A stretch of DNA of 64,000 nucleotides, taken from the NCBI RefSeq assembly GCF_006345805.1, contig NC_043011.1, positions 58,974,464-59,038,463 on the forward strand, read 5' to 3'. This DNA comes from Octopus sinensis (Eukaryota). A program made the translations under genes and the position numbers. Of the stretch, positions 12,745-25,695 are shown in pieces; position 1 is the first letter of the stretch, and the number at the start of each line of letters is the position of its first letter. The notes beneath the pieces are model-generated. The model did not search any database, had not been told where the DNA came from, and worked only from the letters and a program-made list of their open reading frames with translations.

Positions 12745-13471
12745 GTCATCCCTAGCAAAGCTACCCTATACTCAGAGCCATTACAGATATAAACAACCTT
12801 TTGTTGTCTCCGATTTCACAGAGAACATCCCGGACAACACTCCCGTAGTTCTTAATACAACCTAGTTAAATTCCAAAAAATAGATTATGCTTTGATTCAA
12901 ATTTATTTGCAATTTCAAACAGGTCGCATACATTGTAGATTGCCCTTATCGGATAGTAAATATGTATTGTGCTAATCCAGTACACATATTTGTAAGCTGT
13001 TGTCTTCACATACATAAAGAATTGATATTCAATTACGCAATGATAATCTGTAGTAATGCTGATGTTCTGGGTTATACTGGAGATAATATGTATCTACTAC
13101 ACTGGTAACGCTCTTGCTCTATATTATATTCTTAGTTATATTATGGATGCTTAACGTGTGTCCGAATAAGACTATTAATCTTAGTAAAATCAATACACCT
13201 GGTTCATGTGATATCGCTGTAGGACAAGTCTCTTTCGTCATAGAATTATATTTTTTAATTAGGGGTTTCCAAGAAACCAGTCTCCTTCAAGATTTGAATC
13301 CATTGAGTAAAAATATATCACTCCTATCATTGTAATTCTTTGGTAAAATATATTCTTCCTTATATTTCCAAAATTTTCATTTTTTTCCCTTTCATATTCA
13401 CAAAAATATTTCTACCTCAGTCAACCTGGCATTATTTGGGACCATATTTTGTATTTTTTAATGTGTTTCTG
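12745..13471 (-). mobile_element. Decayed LINE ORF2 3' fragment, possibly I/Nimb-like
   Basis: Stop- and frameshift-riddled translation includes ILLRLIVLFGHT, resembling the RLRIGHT motif upstream of the zinc knuckle; a second copy lies at 14893-15295. Confidence 0.4.
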
Positions 13472-13809
13472 AAAGTGTTTTTGTTGTTGTTTGTAATTGT
13501 TTAATTCCAGATTAGCCCTGATCAAACTGCGGTGAAATTAATAAGACTTGTTGGGCAAGGCTGGAATAATGCTGTAAAATGAAAAAAGCGTATGTCTGTT
13601 GCGTTTGGGTTGTGTTGTACACCAGACTTTTCGTCGCCATTTCGTTAAAGCATAATGGAATATGACACGATTCAATGTGTCCAACTACGCTTTGGTCTTG
13701 CTTTCCGTCACAGTAAGCTTTACATACCTTAGATTTGGGAACGATTATTCATTTAGTAACCAACGGCGATGTATAGGTAGAATTCTTAATGGGAAGCGAG
13801 AAGTCTTAC

Positions 13810-13968
13810 GGTGTCTGTCGTGACTCTTCAAATTCAGAGTTATTCATTGATAGGGTTAATTCAACTCCCGATTGAACATCACTCCTGACTCCTTGCATGA
13901 TAATCAGAGAATTAGATGTATCCGAGACAAAAGCACTAACGTCCAAAGCAAAAAGATACCCGATCTTC
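13810..13968 (-). CDS. Candidate 159-nt internal exon (KIGYLFALDVSAFVSDTSNSLIIMQGVRSDVQSGVELTLSMNNSEFEESRQT), product unknown
   Basis: Minus-strand acceptor TTTTATTTATTCATGTGCAG| and donor CC|GTAAGA; length divisible by 3; exactly one open frame; no recognised homology. Confidence 0.3.
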
Positions 13969-14892
13969 CTGCACATGAATAAATAAAAGATAGCTGTAAA
14001 ATTTATCTCCACAAGCGAAAACTTTAGAAATTAGATTCAAGTTTCACTTGCAGTTTATCTGGTGAAAGTTATGTCTTTCATGAACAGGCTTCGGCCTCTG
14101 GCAAGCAACAGGATAACATATATATAATATAATAATGTGTTGTAGTGACGCAATATATGTCTAGTCAGAAATGCGACGAGGTTCTCGGCTCATAAAATTT
14201 GACATCGTCTTTTATCTTATCCGGCCACTGCTAATAAGAAAATAAATACATTGATATAAACTTCGTCTGTTTGTAAAAGCAAGAAAATGTAAAATATAGA
14301 ATTAAAAATTGCAGTCATTGGTTGGAATTGAAAATATCGCAGATGAATGGTGTTATCAGCTCATAAGTGTATTTCATAGAATTTATCATTATCAGCCAAG
14401 CAATTGTTCCTGTCCATTGAAAATAAAAATTATTAACTTGAAACAGGTTTCTCTCTGTACAACATGACGGACTCTGGCAATATATTTTGTAATCAAATAT
14501 TTTGGTAAAAATAGCATTAACGTTGTTGGCTAAGAATCAGAATTAGAACTAGCTAATGGCATTGATTGTTATTATTCTTAAAACAGCCTTTCAATCAAAT
14601 AGAATAAAACGCATTCATAGCTCATTCTGATTTAATACTAGTTTCCAAGTTTAATTAAAGGAGAAGCAAATAAATTGTCCTACCGCATAAAATTTAATAC
14701 CAGACGAGTTATAATTATATTCCGTTGTCATATATTAACCTGAGACACAAAACCCACACACACAAAAACACACCAATATATATAATGTAAGATGCCATTA
14801 ATAGCTGTGCAATTATTAATGCCTCATAAGAGTGGACGAAAATAATAAATCCTAAAGATCTTAAGATTTTACAGATCCAAAAACACATTAGA

Positions 14893-15295
14893 ATGAGAAA
14901 CGCATTAAAAAGTACAAAATATGGTCCCAAATAATGACAGGTAGACTGAGGTAGAAATGTTTTTGTGAATATGAAAGGGGAAAAAATGAAAATTATGGGA
15001 ATATAAAGAAGAATATATTTTACCAAAAAATTACAATGATAGGAATAATACATTTTTACACAATGGATTCAAATCTTGAAGGAGACTGGTTAGGAAAAAA
15101 TATGAAATTTCCTGGAAACCCCCAATTAAAACATATAATTCTATGACGAAAGAGACTTGTCCTACAGTGATATCACTTGAACCAGGTGTATTGACTTTAC
15201 TAAGATGAATAGTCTTATTCGGATACACGTTGAGCATTCATAACATAACTTAGAATATAATAAAGAGCAAGAGCATGACCAGTGGAGTAGATATC
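14893..15295 (+). mobile_element. Second copy of the decayed LINE-like fragment, inverted relative to 13090-13471
   Basis: Clear reverse-complement homology, e.g. CTATGACGAAAGAGACTTGTCCTACAG, with substitutions and one indel. Confidence 0.6.
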
Positions 15296-15894
15296 GTTAT
15301 GTAGAGACGAGTGTAGTAGATATCGTTATGTAAGAAGGCCACATGCAATAGGGTAGAGTCATCTGGTCAGCGACCACCCTCCAGTCACCATCGCAGCTCA
15401 TATTGAAATATGTTGGCGATCATGTTATTAAATGCGTGTTTCCATTCTTCATTTCTATACTAGAGTGGGAAGGGTGAATCGAGAAAATAACTTTCAGATA
15501 CTGAACATTTCCTTGGATTGATATTAAATGGTTACTGTCGAATACCAATGGTTTCAGGGACCATCGATTACAGGGGACAAATGTTGTATTTATGAATAAA
15601 TGTTTTCTTTAGTTGAAGGTTTGCGTGTGTCGAGCGTAACCAGCTGAGCAGAAGCGCGTTCTTGCTTAGAAAACACACAAAACTGATAATAATGTATCTA
15701 TACAATTGTTAAAATGTTGTCAATATTAGTAAAATACCCTGATCCATTCCAAGCACCATATATGTCGTTTCATAATGACGCCCGTTTTGAGCTGAAATGT
15801 TGCTAGTCGCACGCAATCAACTTTTGATGATAGAGATACAGAAACACCTCCCATCTTTTCTCTTGTGATATTACTTCACTTCAAGAGTCGTTAC

Positions 15895-15965
15895 ATGAAT
15901 TCACTTGGTGAGAAAAAAGTAACTGATGTGTCATTTTTTATTGGCGATGCAATTCATGAAGGAGA
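15895..15965 (+). CDS. Candidate coding exon 1 (MNSLGEKKVTDVSFFIGDAIHEG), speculative
   Basis: ATG followed by an open frame to a strong donor GA|GTAAGT (phase 2). Confidence 0.2.
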
Positions 15966-16868
15966 GTAAGTTTTTTCAATATTCAATATTTCAATATTTT
16001 AATATATTATACATTTGCATAAGCATATAGAGAATTAAGTACACACACACACACACACACATACACACACCAAACATGCACGCAAACGAATAGACACACA
16101 CTGTATGTTTTCTATAATATATTATTCATACGTTTATCTAAGACTCTACAAATATTCAAATGTAATCATTACTTTTTATTAGACTATTATATAATACTCA
16201 GTACTAATTTCTCGCTAATTCTGTATGCAATTTCTTCACAAAAATTAAGAAAAGAACATATATTAAAAATCTTTGTCATTTCCCAAGAAAGCTCGCCAAA
16301 CATCGTCATCGTTCGTATATTTTTCGAGGAAAAGTAACATATCTTCTAAAGTAAACCCAGTCCATAATTTACAGCATATCATAACCGAACAGATTAGCAA
16401 ACACAGAATCATCCTTAATCCTCAAAGATAACCAAACACGCATCAAATTAATCATCCTTTACAAAATCCAGTTTCTTCCAATTCCTTTTCCCTTCGGAAA
16501 ACATTTGATCAATAAAATTCAATTTTTAGGTTAATAAGAACTCCATATGTTTTCTTAGCCGACAACATGAACGCATTCCACTCGGCCGTTTAAGTGAATC
16601 GATTGATTAACCCTTCTTTGACCATTTACGCAGTAAATTTCATTTCATGAATAAACTTACGGACTTCTTAACCTGAAAAATTCAATCTCGAAAGCACGAC
16701 AGGGAAATTTAGCAAAACAAGAAAACATATCATATCTTCCTACTGAAATACTTCATCTTGAACGTTGCCAATTATAACATCAAAACATCCAATTTACTGA
16801 ACATCACTTCAAGAGTCATCCGCTTCTAATAGCTACACTTTAGGAAGCCCTATGAATCTCATAAATAT

Positions 16869-17160
<292 letters not shown>

Positions 17161-17369
17161 TATGGCATGTATCATATGCATCATATTAAAATTAAATAGC
17201 AATAATATACCAATATATACTATAATATAATATATTATTATTTTGCAATTTACTTAATCATCGGTATATCAATGTTATTTTAATTTTAATATTTCTATTA
17301 TATGTAATTTTCTAGATGGTGTAATTTAATTGTTCATTTTGAATTGATAAAAGATGTTTTTTTTAAATT

Positions 17370-17400
<31 letters not shown>

Positions 17401-17466
17401 TTGTGAAATTTGATTTATTATTTCTAAATTGAATTTTTCCCTGTAAGTTAGGAATAATATTCCCTC

Positions 17467-17507
<41 letters not shown>

Positions 17508-18087
17508 GAGATGAGGGAAGTAATCCGCATCCATTAAGCCTATATGCTTAACACCTAAACATTTAGTTACACGTATTTAATGAAGACGATGCTGCGTTGC
17601 ACCTCTTAAAATACTTTGGTATTTCGTTCAGAAAGGAACGAAAGAAGTTAGTACGGAGTTACTAAATATCTCCATGAAGATGTCAAGCCTTTAATATTGT
17701 TCTTAAATTCAACTTGGGACAGCAACAAGTCAGCTTAACATTACATATAAAGACATCTGGGTTTCTAATACATGCCTTATATTGTCCACCTGTGCCCTCA
17801 AGTGAAATGGTTAACCCCAAAATAATAAAAGACATGTTAATGTACTACTAGCGTGGGTGTAAGCTTCAGGTTTTATAAGTATTAAATGGCGCAAACGACA
17901 CGTAATTCTTAAAATGACGCGTCATGGACAAAATCAATTAGAACCTTTACTCGATCACTCTCTCTCCCTTTCTCTCTCCGCCCCTTCTCTCGCTCTCCAC
18001 ACCGATTACTGTGAGTCAAATAACAGGTCAAATAATAGTCTCTCCGACAAGGAACAACACAATTACATACATCTGCTTCATTATCAG

Positions 18088-18214
18088 AAGGCAGCTTATA
18101 CACAATGTGAAGGAAATTACATCGGTCCAATTATCGGTTCTGAGGAAGATAGGAAACATTGATACTGGAATTCTGGCTGCAAACTGCTTCCACGAAATTG
18201 TACCAATTACGCAG
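18088..18214 (+). CDS. Candidate exon (RQLIHNVKEITSVQLSVLRKIGNIDTGILAANCFHEIVPITQ), speculative
   Basis: Acceptor TTCATTATCAG|, donor CAG|GTAACT; a complex-sequence island between microsatellites; phase-compatible with 15895-15965. Confidence 0.3.
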
Positions 18215-18218
18215 GTAA

Positions 18219-18345
<127 letters not shown>

Positions 18346-18704
18346 TATGGATATATATGTCCATCTATCTATCTATCTATCTATCTATCTACTTATATAT
18401 TTTTCTATGTATGTGTCTATGTATCTGTCTATCTGTTTGTCTATCTGTTCACCTATCTAATTATCTATCTATATACCTGTCTATCTATTTACCTATTCAT
18501 CTTTCTATTTATCAATCAATCGACCTACTTCTATTATCTCTTTCCCGCATTTCTCTTGCGATCTGATCGTAATAGAAAATGGCTACTTCTCAATAGATGT
18601 GAAAGAATCATTTGAAAATTGTTATTAATTTATATGTAAATACACACACACACACACCTATATATATATATATATACATATATGTACAAACACATACACA
18701 CACG

Positions 18705-18764
<60 letters not shown>

Positions 18765-18790
18765 TATTTCACCTGTTCATATATTCATAT

Positions 18791-19157
18791 ATTCTTTTAT
18801 TCTTTTATTAGTTTCAGTCATTTGACTGCGGCCATGCTGGAGCACCTCTTTTAGACGAGCAAATTGACCCCAAAACTTATTCTTTGTAGGCCTAGTACTT
18901 ATTCTAGCGGTCTCTCTCATAAACTCACCAGCAACGCTTGTCACGCGATGTTGGGGGACAAACACAGACACACAAACATATACATACATATATATCTATA
19001 TACGACGGGCGTCTTTTAGTTTCTGTCTACCACATCCACTCACAAGGCTTTGGTCGGCCCGAGGCTATAGTAGAAGACACTTGCCGAAATTGACCCGCAG
19101 TGGGACTGAACTCGGAACCATGTGGTTAGTAAGCAAGCTACTTACCACATAGCCACT
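18791..19157 (-). mobile_element. SINE family A
   Basis: Reverse complement of 845-1220, including head and tail. Confidence 0.9.
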
Positions 19158-19547
19158 TAAATATATGTGTGTATGTGTGTGCGTGTGTTTATATAATACA
19201 CACACACATAGACACATATATGTAAGCACATGTATATAGGTTTCTACATTTCTGTATTAAAGATGTCCCAGGCAAAGGAGAATAAAAGCAACAACAGAAC
19301 ATGGACCATCAAAGACTTCAAACGTAAAAACCTATCATGATCCCAGAAAAAAAACCACGGTACAAACAGAATAGCAGACAAGTAAATAAAATTGCCTCCA
19401 GCCCTATCGATTTATGGCCTCAATTCCTCGAGTGAGATTGGATTCTACGATATTCATGTTGCTCTTACGTGTAGAATCGTTAGAATTAAGTTTTCTGCTT
19501 ATGTTGGAGAACAAACGTTTTGTGTCCAACCTCTATCGTTATATCAG

Positions 19548-19586
<39 letters not shown>

Positions 19587-19844
19587 ACACACACACACAC
19601 TCACACACACACTCACACACATATAATGTACTGATCCGTGATAGAAAATTCAACATGCATTGTAACCTTTAAATAAATAATATATATAAACGTAATATAT
19701 ATATATATACAAATATAGAGAGGAGAGACAGAAAGAGGAAGAGTGTAAATGGGAAAGGAAAAGATGTCTGTGTCAACAGGAAAAGTAAGACAATACTGAC
19801 GTCGGGAGTGTGGTAACGGACGTTTCGGAGAGGATATCCTTTAG

Positions 19845-20098
19845 TATCAAGACGAAGAAGATGAAAGAGAAAAGGTAAAAACGGTTTCTTTATTCTTACT
19901 GCGCCTGAGAGAGAACAGTTTCGGTATTCTTACTGCGCCTGCGAGAGAAAAAGTAAAAGAACGCGAGAAAAGAGAAATACACAGGAAGTTTATGAGAGAG
20001 AAATTGGGTAAAAATGGGAGAACGAATAAGAAAGAAATGAAAAGTGGATTTGTAACTGACGACAGTGTAGACGAAAAACTTAAATGTGACAGGCGCTG
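19845..20098 (+). CDS. Purine-rich open frame (YQDEEDEREK..KLKCDRR*), candidate terminal exon or TE remnant
   Basis: 84 open codons after CCTTTAG|; internal 22-bp direct repeat TATTCTTACTGCGCCTG.GAGAGA; alternative donor AAG|GTAAAA at 19874. Confidence 0.15.
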
Positions 20099-20197
20099 AA
20101 GGAATGAGCTCCGGTTATGGCAGGGAACATTCAAAGGTAGAATCTAACTTATATTTTCACAATTAAATATAATTTTTTAATGAAAAGATAACAATAC

Positions 20198-20660
20198 AAC
20201 AATTGCAGCGTGGAAGGTGTTTATAAGCCATTTAAGAAACACACAGAATCCGTTAGATTCACTTCAACATTTAAATTTCGTTTGTCAAAATATTTTTGTC
20301 GCTTTGAAACCGCGACCTGTTCACTGACAAAGCTTCGCGCTGCAGCAGTGAACAGGTCGCGGTCTCAAAACGATGAAACATATTTTGACAAATTAAATTT
20401 AAATGCTGAAGTGAATCTAACGGATTTTGTGTGTTTCTTAAATGGCTTATAAATACCTCCACGCTGAAATTGTTTTCGTTCCAGCACACGATCTCAGATC
20501 AGGTCACTCGCTATGCAAGTACATCTCCGTAAAAACAATAAAAGTTGTTTGTAATTCAGCAATCGGTAATCGAGATATTTCTTTGTTGTTTTCGGTTATT
20601 TTTCTTCTGTTGCTTATTCCTATCAAGTTATTGTTTCTGTTAACATCAAGGCATAACAAG
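20198..20660 (-). mobile_element. PLE-like terminal repeat family member with a 129-bp fold-back (20198-20326 / 20346-20474)
   Basis: Same family as 1236-2037; both arms keep CAGTGAACAGGTCGC; the body continues after the inverted arm (TCGTTCCAGCACACGATCTCAGATC). Confidence 0.8.
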
Positions 20661-20725
20661 CTGTGCTATGATCAGTCATTTTCCGTCGTATTCTTTTGGA
20701 GTATAGTGTATTTGTAAACAGCGTC

Positions 20726-20944
20726 GTGGCTGTGCGGGAAGACGCTTGCTTCCCAACTACACGGTCCCGGGTTCAGTCTTACTCCGTGGCTCCTTGGGCA
20801 AGTGTCTTCTTCTATAGACTCAGATCGACCAATGCGTCGTATCTGTATGTGTATGTATTCGTGTCTGCGTTTACGCACCACCACCACCAACACTTGACAA
20901 CGGCTGTTGGTGTGTTTACGTCCCTGCAACTTAGCTGAGCGGCA

Positions 20945-20993
<49 letters not shown>

Positions 20994-21112
20994 AATGCCA
21001 GAGTTAAAAATTAAATTTAAGAACTGGGGTCGATTTGTTCGACTAAAATTCTTGCAGGCGTTGCCCCAGTATGGCCGAAATAAAATGACTGAAACAAGTA
21101 ATAAAAGAAAAG
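20726..21112 (+). mobile_element. SINE family A with an internal (GA)n insertion
   Basis: Head GTGGCTGTGCGGGAAG..GGGTTCAGTC and family A tail. Confidence 0.85.
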
Positions 21113-22505
21113 ATGTTATGTCTGTCTTTCTTTCTAATGTCAGTAGATTAAAACTGATAAGTTTAGCATTTTTAGAGTGACAGTCCGCCACGGAAATACT
21201 TGTGGTTGGATTTTCAACAGGTCGTTATATTCGCGACATGTACAACCTAAATAAGGACCTCTTTGTTTAAATAATCATCCGTTTGTTTCTAATTTCATCA
21301 AGGGTCTTGAGAGAAACCAATCACTTATTTCAAATAGGGAATGTGCATATAAGCATAGATTTTTTTTTAAAAAAAAAAAACCGAAATTTAATGAAATAGT
21401 TTTTGGCTAGTAAAGAATGATTTCACAAAAAATGCTCTAAAAATTTACATTTAAAAAACTAAATGTTTTGAACGAGTTCTTGTGTAACAAACTTGGTTTG
21501 TAATCAGCCATAATTAACTACCTGAAAACTTTGCTACAAACTCTTTGAAAGGGAGTGTTTCTATGAAATCTAGATAATGAATATAATGTAATTTATTTTA
21601 TGAAACGTGGTTTTCTCTTTGTTTATTTTTTCTTACCTTTTCCTCATCACATTAACACTAAAAAGGAGTTCCTAATTGAAAAGTGACTTTGCTTTTGTTT
21701 TTATTCGTTTCGATGTAAGCAAACATTTTAAATTGAAAGGAATTTATATCAATGACACGGCCTTATTAATTTGGAGAGAAACATTTCAGATATTCTACGG
21801 TAGTTCAGAACATTGCTTTAATGAATATAAAAATAACAAAACTTTAATGGCACGAAATATTACATAATCTAACTAATATATGTCACCTTGTTAAGTTGTA
21901 TGCTGCTGTGGCTGTTTATTGTTTTGACTCCTTCTTGTTGAGAGACTTACGCTAGCTGGATCTCGACAACTATATGACACTCATGTCTTGTCCTATCTAG
22001 TCAGACTGTACTTCTGTCTGTTCGTATATCACACTACATATTCAATTATAAAGTGATTCATTCTGTCAGGATATTTATAACAGTCAGATCACATTGTACC
22101 GCCATGCGTGTGTTTGTTCTTGCCTTTTAAATTTTATTATTATAATCCTTTTTTTTATTGATTATTAATTCAGAAGCTTGAACTCAAGCTACAAATCTAC
22201 TACTCGGATACGGGTTGGTGCCAACGATGCATTCCCAGTCAGAACGAACATATGGCAAAATTGGATACAGATGTGACCCACGTATATTTTCTTGGAATAA
22301 TTTATAATTTAGAAATATATTATACAATGGGTTTTTCCTCCTACAAACTGTCAGCGTACGATCTGGGAGCAATTCCGCTGCAGTGCATCTGAATTCGAGG
22401 TAGTACTGCGAGAGATTCGTTCACTGAAATAGATTAGAGCTATTCATCATATTTAAAGACAAGTTTGACCAAACGTCACAAAGAATGTAATAGATATTAC
22501 TCGGA

Positions 22506-22550
<45 letters not shown>

Positions 22551-25500
22551 GGGCATATATATGTACAGGTTTTGCGGGGGAACAATCAATGTTTTAACTA
22601 GTTTACAATTTTCCATTATGCGTACATCCAATATGATATCGCTGTTTTCGCAGGGGTATATGTTATCTAGATACGTGCCTTAAGAGCATATCGCTAATTT
22701 GACCATTATATACGCTAAGATATCGTGTTCTAAGTGCCCTACACTCTTTTCGATTTATACCCAGATATGAAATCGTGGCTTTATCTGGTATGTACCATAA
22801 TATGGATTATATACGAGTAGGATGTTGTAGTGACCATGCATTATAATTGTTCATGCCAAAATGGATTATTGTTTGTTTGTTTTTTAGCGAGTTACGCTAT
22901 ATTAATATTTATGAATAAAGCTAAAATTTACTGGTTTAGCTCGGTTTTACTACCCATCAATACATACACCGACAAAAATATATTCCATTTACAAGTGTTC
23001 ATTATAACGGTAACGTGTATAGTAGATTAATGATTTCATATTTATTCTTATGAGATTATTAGAAGCATATTTATGATTCAATATCTTGTCTCGGAATGGT
23101 CGCATAAGGTAAGGGCAATTAATTGCATGTATCTCATTTCAAGGTGAGGAAGAGTTACATCTACAACCTTTTCAAAACCTTCGAAATTTTAGGAAGGAAA
23201 AGGGAATGGAGTAGAGTCGGAAAATGTACCTGGATATCAGTTTGTTTTGTTTAACCGGCAAAAGAATCAAGTTTTCGAATCAGGACGAAGGTTTCCTCCA
23301 ATCGTTTTCGACACGATTTTTATTGACGTAATTTCAGTCACAAGACTGCGTGTCATCTAAAGCTATATTGAAAATATATTTACGCATGCTATAGCGCAAA
23401 GGGTTTGGAATAAAACAACACAAACAGAACCATCCTTATACAATTTAAGCTATGAATGCCTACCTTTTAAATAGTTGATCACTTCATTAGTTTAAATAAC
23501 GCCAAGAAGTCTTGTCTTTCGTGACAAATGGTATATTTTTTCTAATAAGTGTGATGTGCAGTGAAAGATAACGTCTTCTCATGACACCCAAGACTAATGC
23601 AGATACCGAAATTTAACTTTTGGTGTACTGTAATCATGCTATTTGTCACAAAGTCCAACAACAGAAGGTCATGTCATTTTGAACTAAGGAATCTAACACT
23701 ACATTTTTAATGAGTCATTCATTTAAGGTGGGAAACTAATCATCTTTAGTAATTTGGCTAATACGTCTAGGACGACGTGGGACCATGTACAGGCTAAGCC
23801 GTTATTACATGTGACAGATTTCAAAACTTTGGATATCAAGGATAGAGAGTTTCATGGAAAATTACAGGAGTATGATAGTTATTCAAATGTAGACAAACTA
23901 AACGAGCACAAACCTCGCTTTAAGATATTTTATTATTCGTTAGTCTGGAGGACGAAAGTACAAACGAACTTATAGAGAGTCTCCGTGACTAATGGGCGGA
24001 AGAGGGGACAGTATCTTCAACTGAAGTCCCGGTGCGAATGCTTGCAGCAGAGAGGAACCATCCGCTACAGGCACGCAAGTATATGATGAGTACTGTATGA
24101 GAAAAAGTCTGATTAATAATATTCTCGTCATAACCATATCTAAATATTCAATTCCTCGTTAGCCACGTGACATTATATCGGATGTCCTTCATTTTATATT
24201 CCTTCATGTATGCTAGATAATATTTGCTGTGAGTCAGAGTTAATATATCCTGCAAATCCAGTGCTTATTTAGAGGAAGGAGTATTTTGAAGATTACAAAT
24301 ACACTTTTGTATTCCACTAAAATTCTAGAACTTCTTTCTGTTTACCAGCAATTTTATTTCGCATCAGAAGGAATTCTCGTTAATTTGAAACATTTAACAC
24401 TCAAGGCATTCGTATTAAACTTTTTATTCCCCTCGAATTTCTTCAAAGCCGGACCTTCTCAATCAGAATCACCCTAAAATTAATTATGTGAAAATGAGGC
24501 AGGGTTTTTAGAAAGGCTTTGTTTTCCTATTTCTACCATTTTATTTTGAAATTACAAATGTTCTGGTCGGTAGGATAGAGGGATTTTGACGGACGTGTCC
24601 ACATATAACACGCTGTCACAAGGTTTTACACGAACGTTAGGTCAATCAATCAAGATTCAATATATACTACTGGCTGGTAACAGCATAATTGATTTCTAGA
24701 CTAAAATCGTGACCACAATTTAACGTAGAGAGGGTGTTTTGGTGCAGTTTCTAGTGCCCTATAGGTTTGCTTCTCCCTAAAATAGATTAGAAAGAAGGCA
24801 AACTCGAACCCAGAGTGATATGCAGAAGTTGCATATTCAAGGAATTTAATCGAGTAGGCTCGTCAGCTAAATGTTAAGTTTAGTATAAATTATGAGTGTT
24901 ATTCATTTAGTGGGTTGGGTAGATATTAAAAAGAAAAAGAATGCATAAAGTTTTACAATTTTTATCAGATACCGCTGACGCAACAGCCATCATCATAACC
25001 ACAATTATAATAAAGATAAAACTGTTATTGAAAAATTCCACCAAGGCTGACAGCTATCACACCACTCTCACCATAACAACCATTACAAAACCGACCCTGT
25101 ATTTAACCTTAACTAGGGTGATATTTGCTCAAAATTAAGGCTACAACTAATGATGCAGTGCAAAAGAAAAGCGAAAATTAATATATGTATTGCCAGAAGA
25201 AGGATTTGGCTTCCTCTGTTTGTTGAAGGAAATCTGAATAATTAGTACGTCAAATAAATTGGAAATATTGTTTCTAATTGTCTTCTAAGTCCAGACGTAT
25301 TTTATACAAAGCCTGAATATATAAATGAAGCGGCAGAGATAAATTAGGAAGTAAATGACACTGTCACTGACCCCCTGACCTTTCAATTAGTGACATGTGT
25401 TGCAAGTTTTCCCCAAAATATCAGTAATCAATGCGATATTGTAATCGTTCTTGTTACGTTGTTGCAGTTATATATATATATAAAATTTTATCGTCACAAT

Positions 25501-25627
25501 TTGTAACTAAGGGTGCTTCAGTCCCCTTTGTTACAATTAGCGACGACAAAATTTATTCCTTATGGTGTGGTATTAGGCATAACTGGTTATATTAATTTAT
25601 ATAATTTATATATATATATATAACCTG

Positions 25628-25695
<68 letters not shown>

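Noticed and set aside
18030-18214. Minus frame ..FLRTDNWTDVISFTL.. as an ion-channel pore helix
   Set aside because: Pore-to-S6 spacing is wrong, there are no minus-strand splice signals, and the similarity is only a few residues
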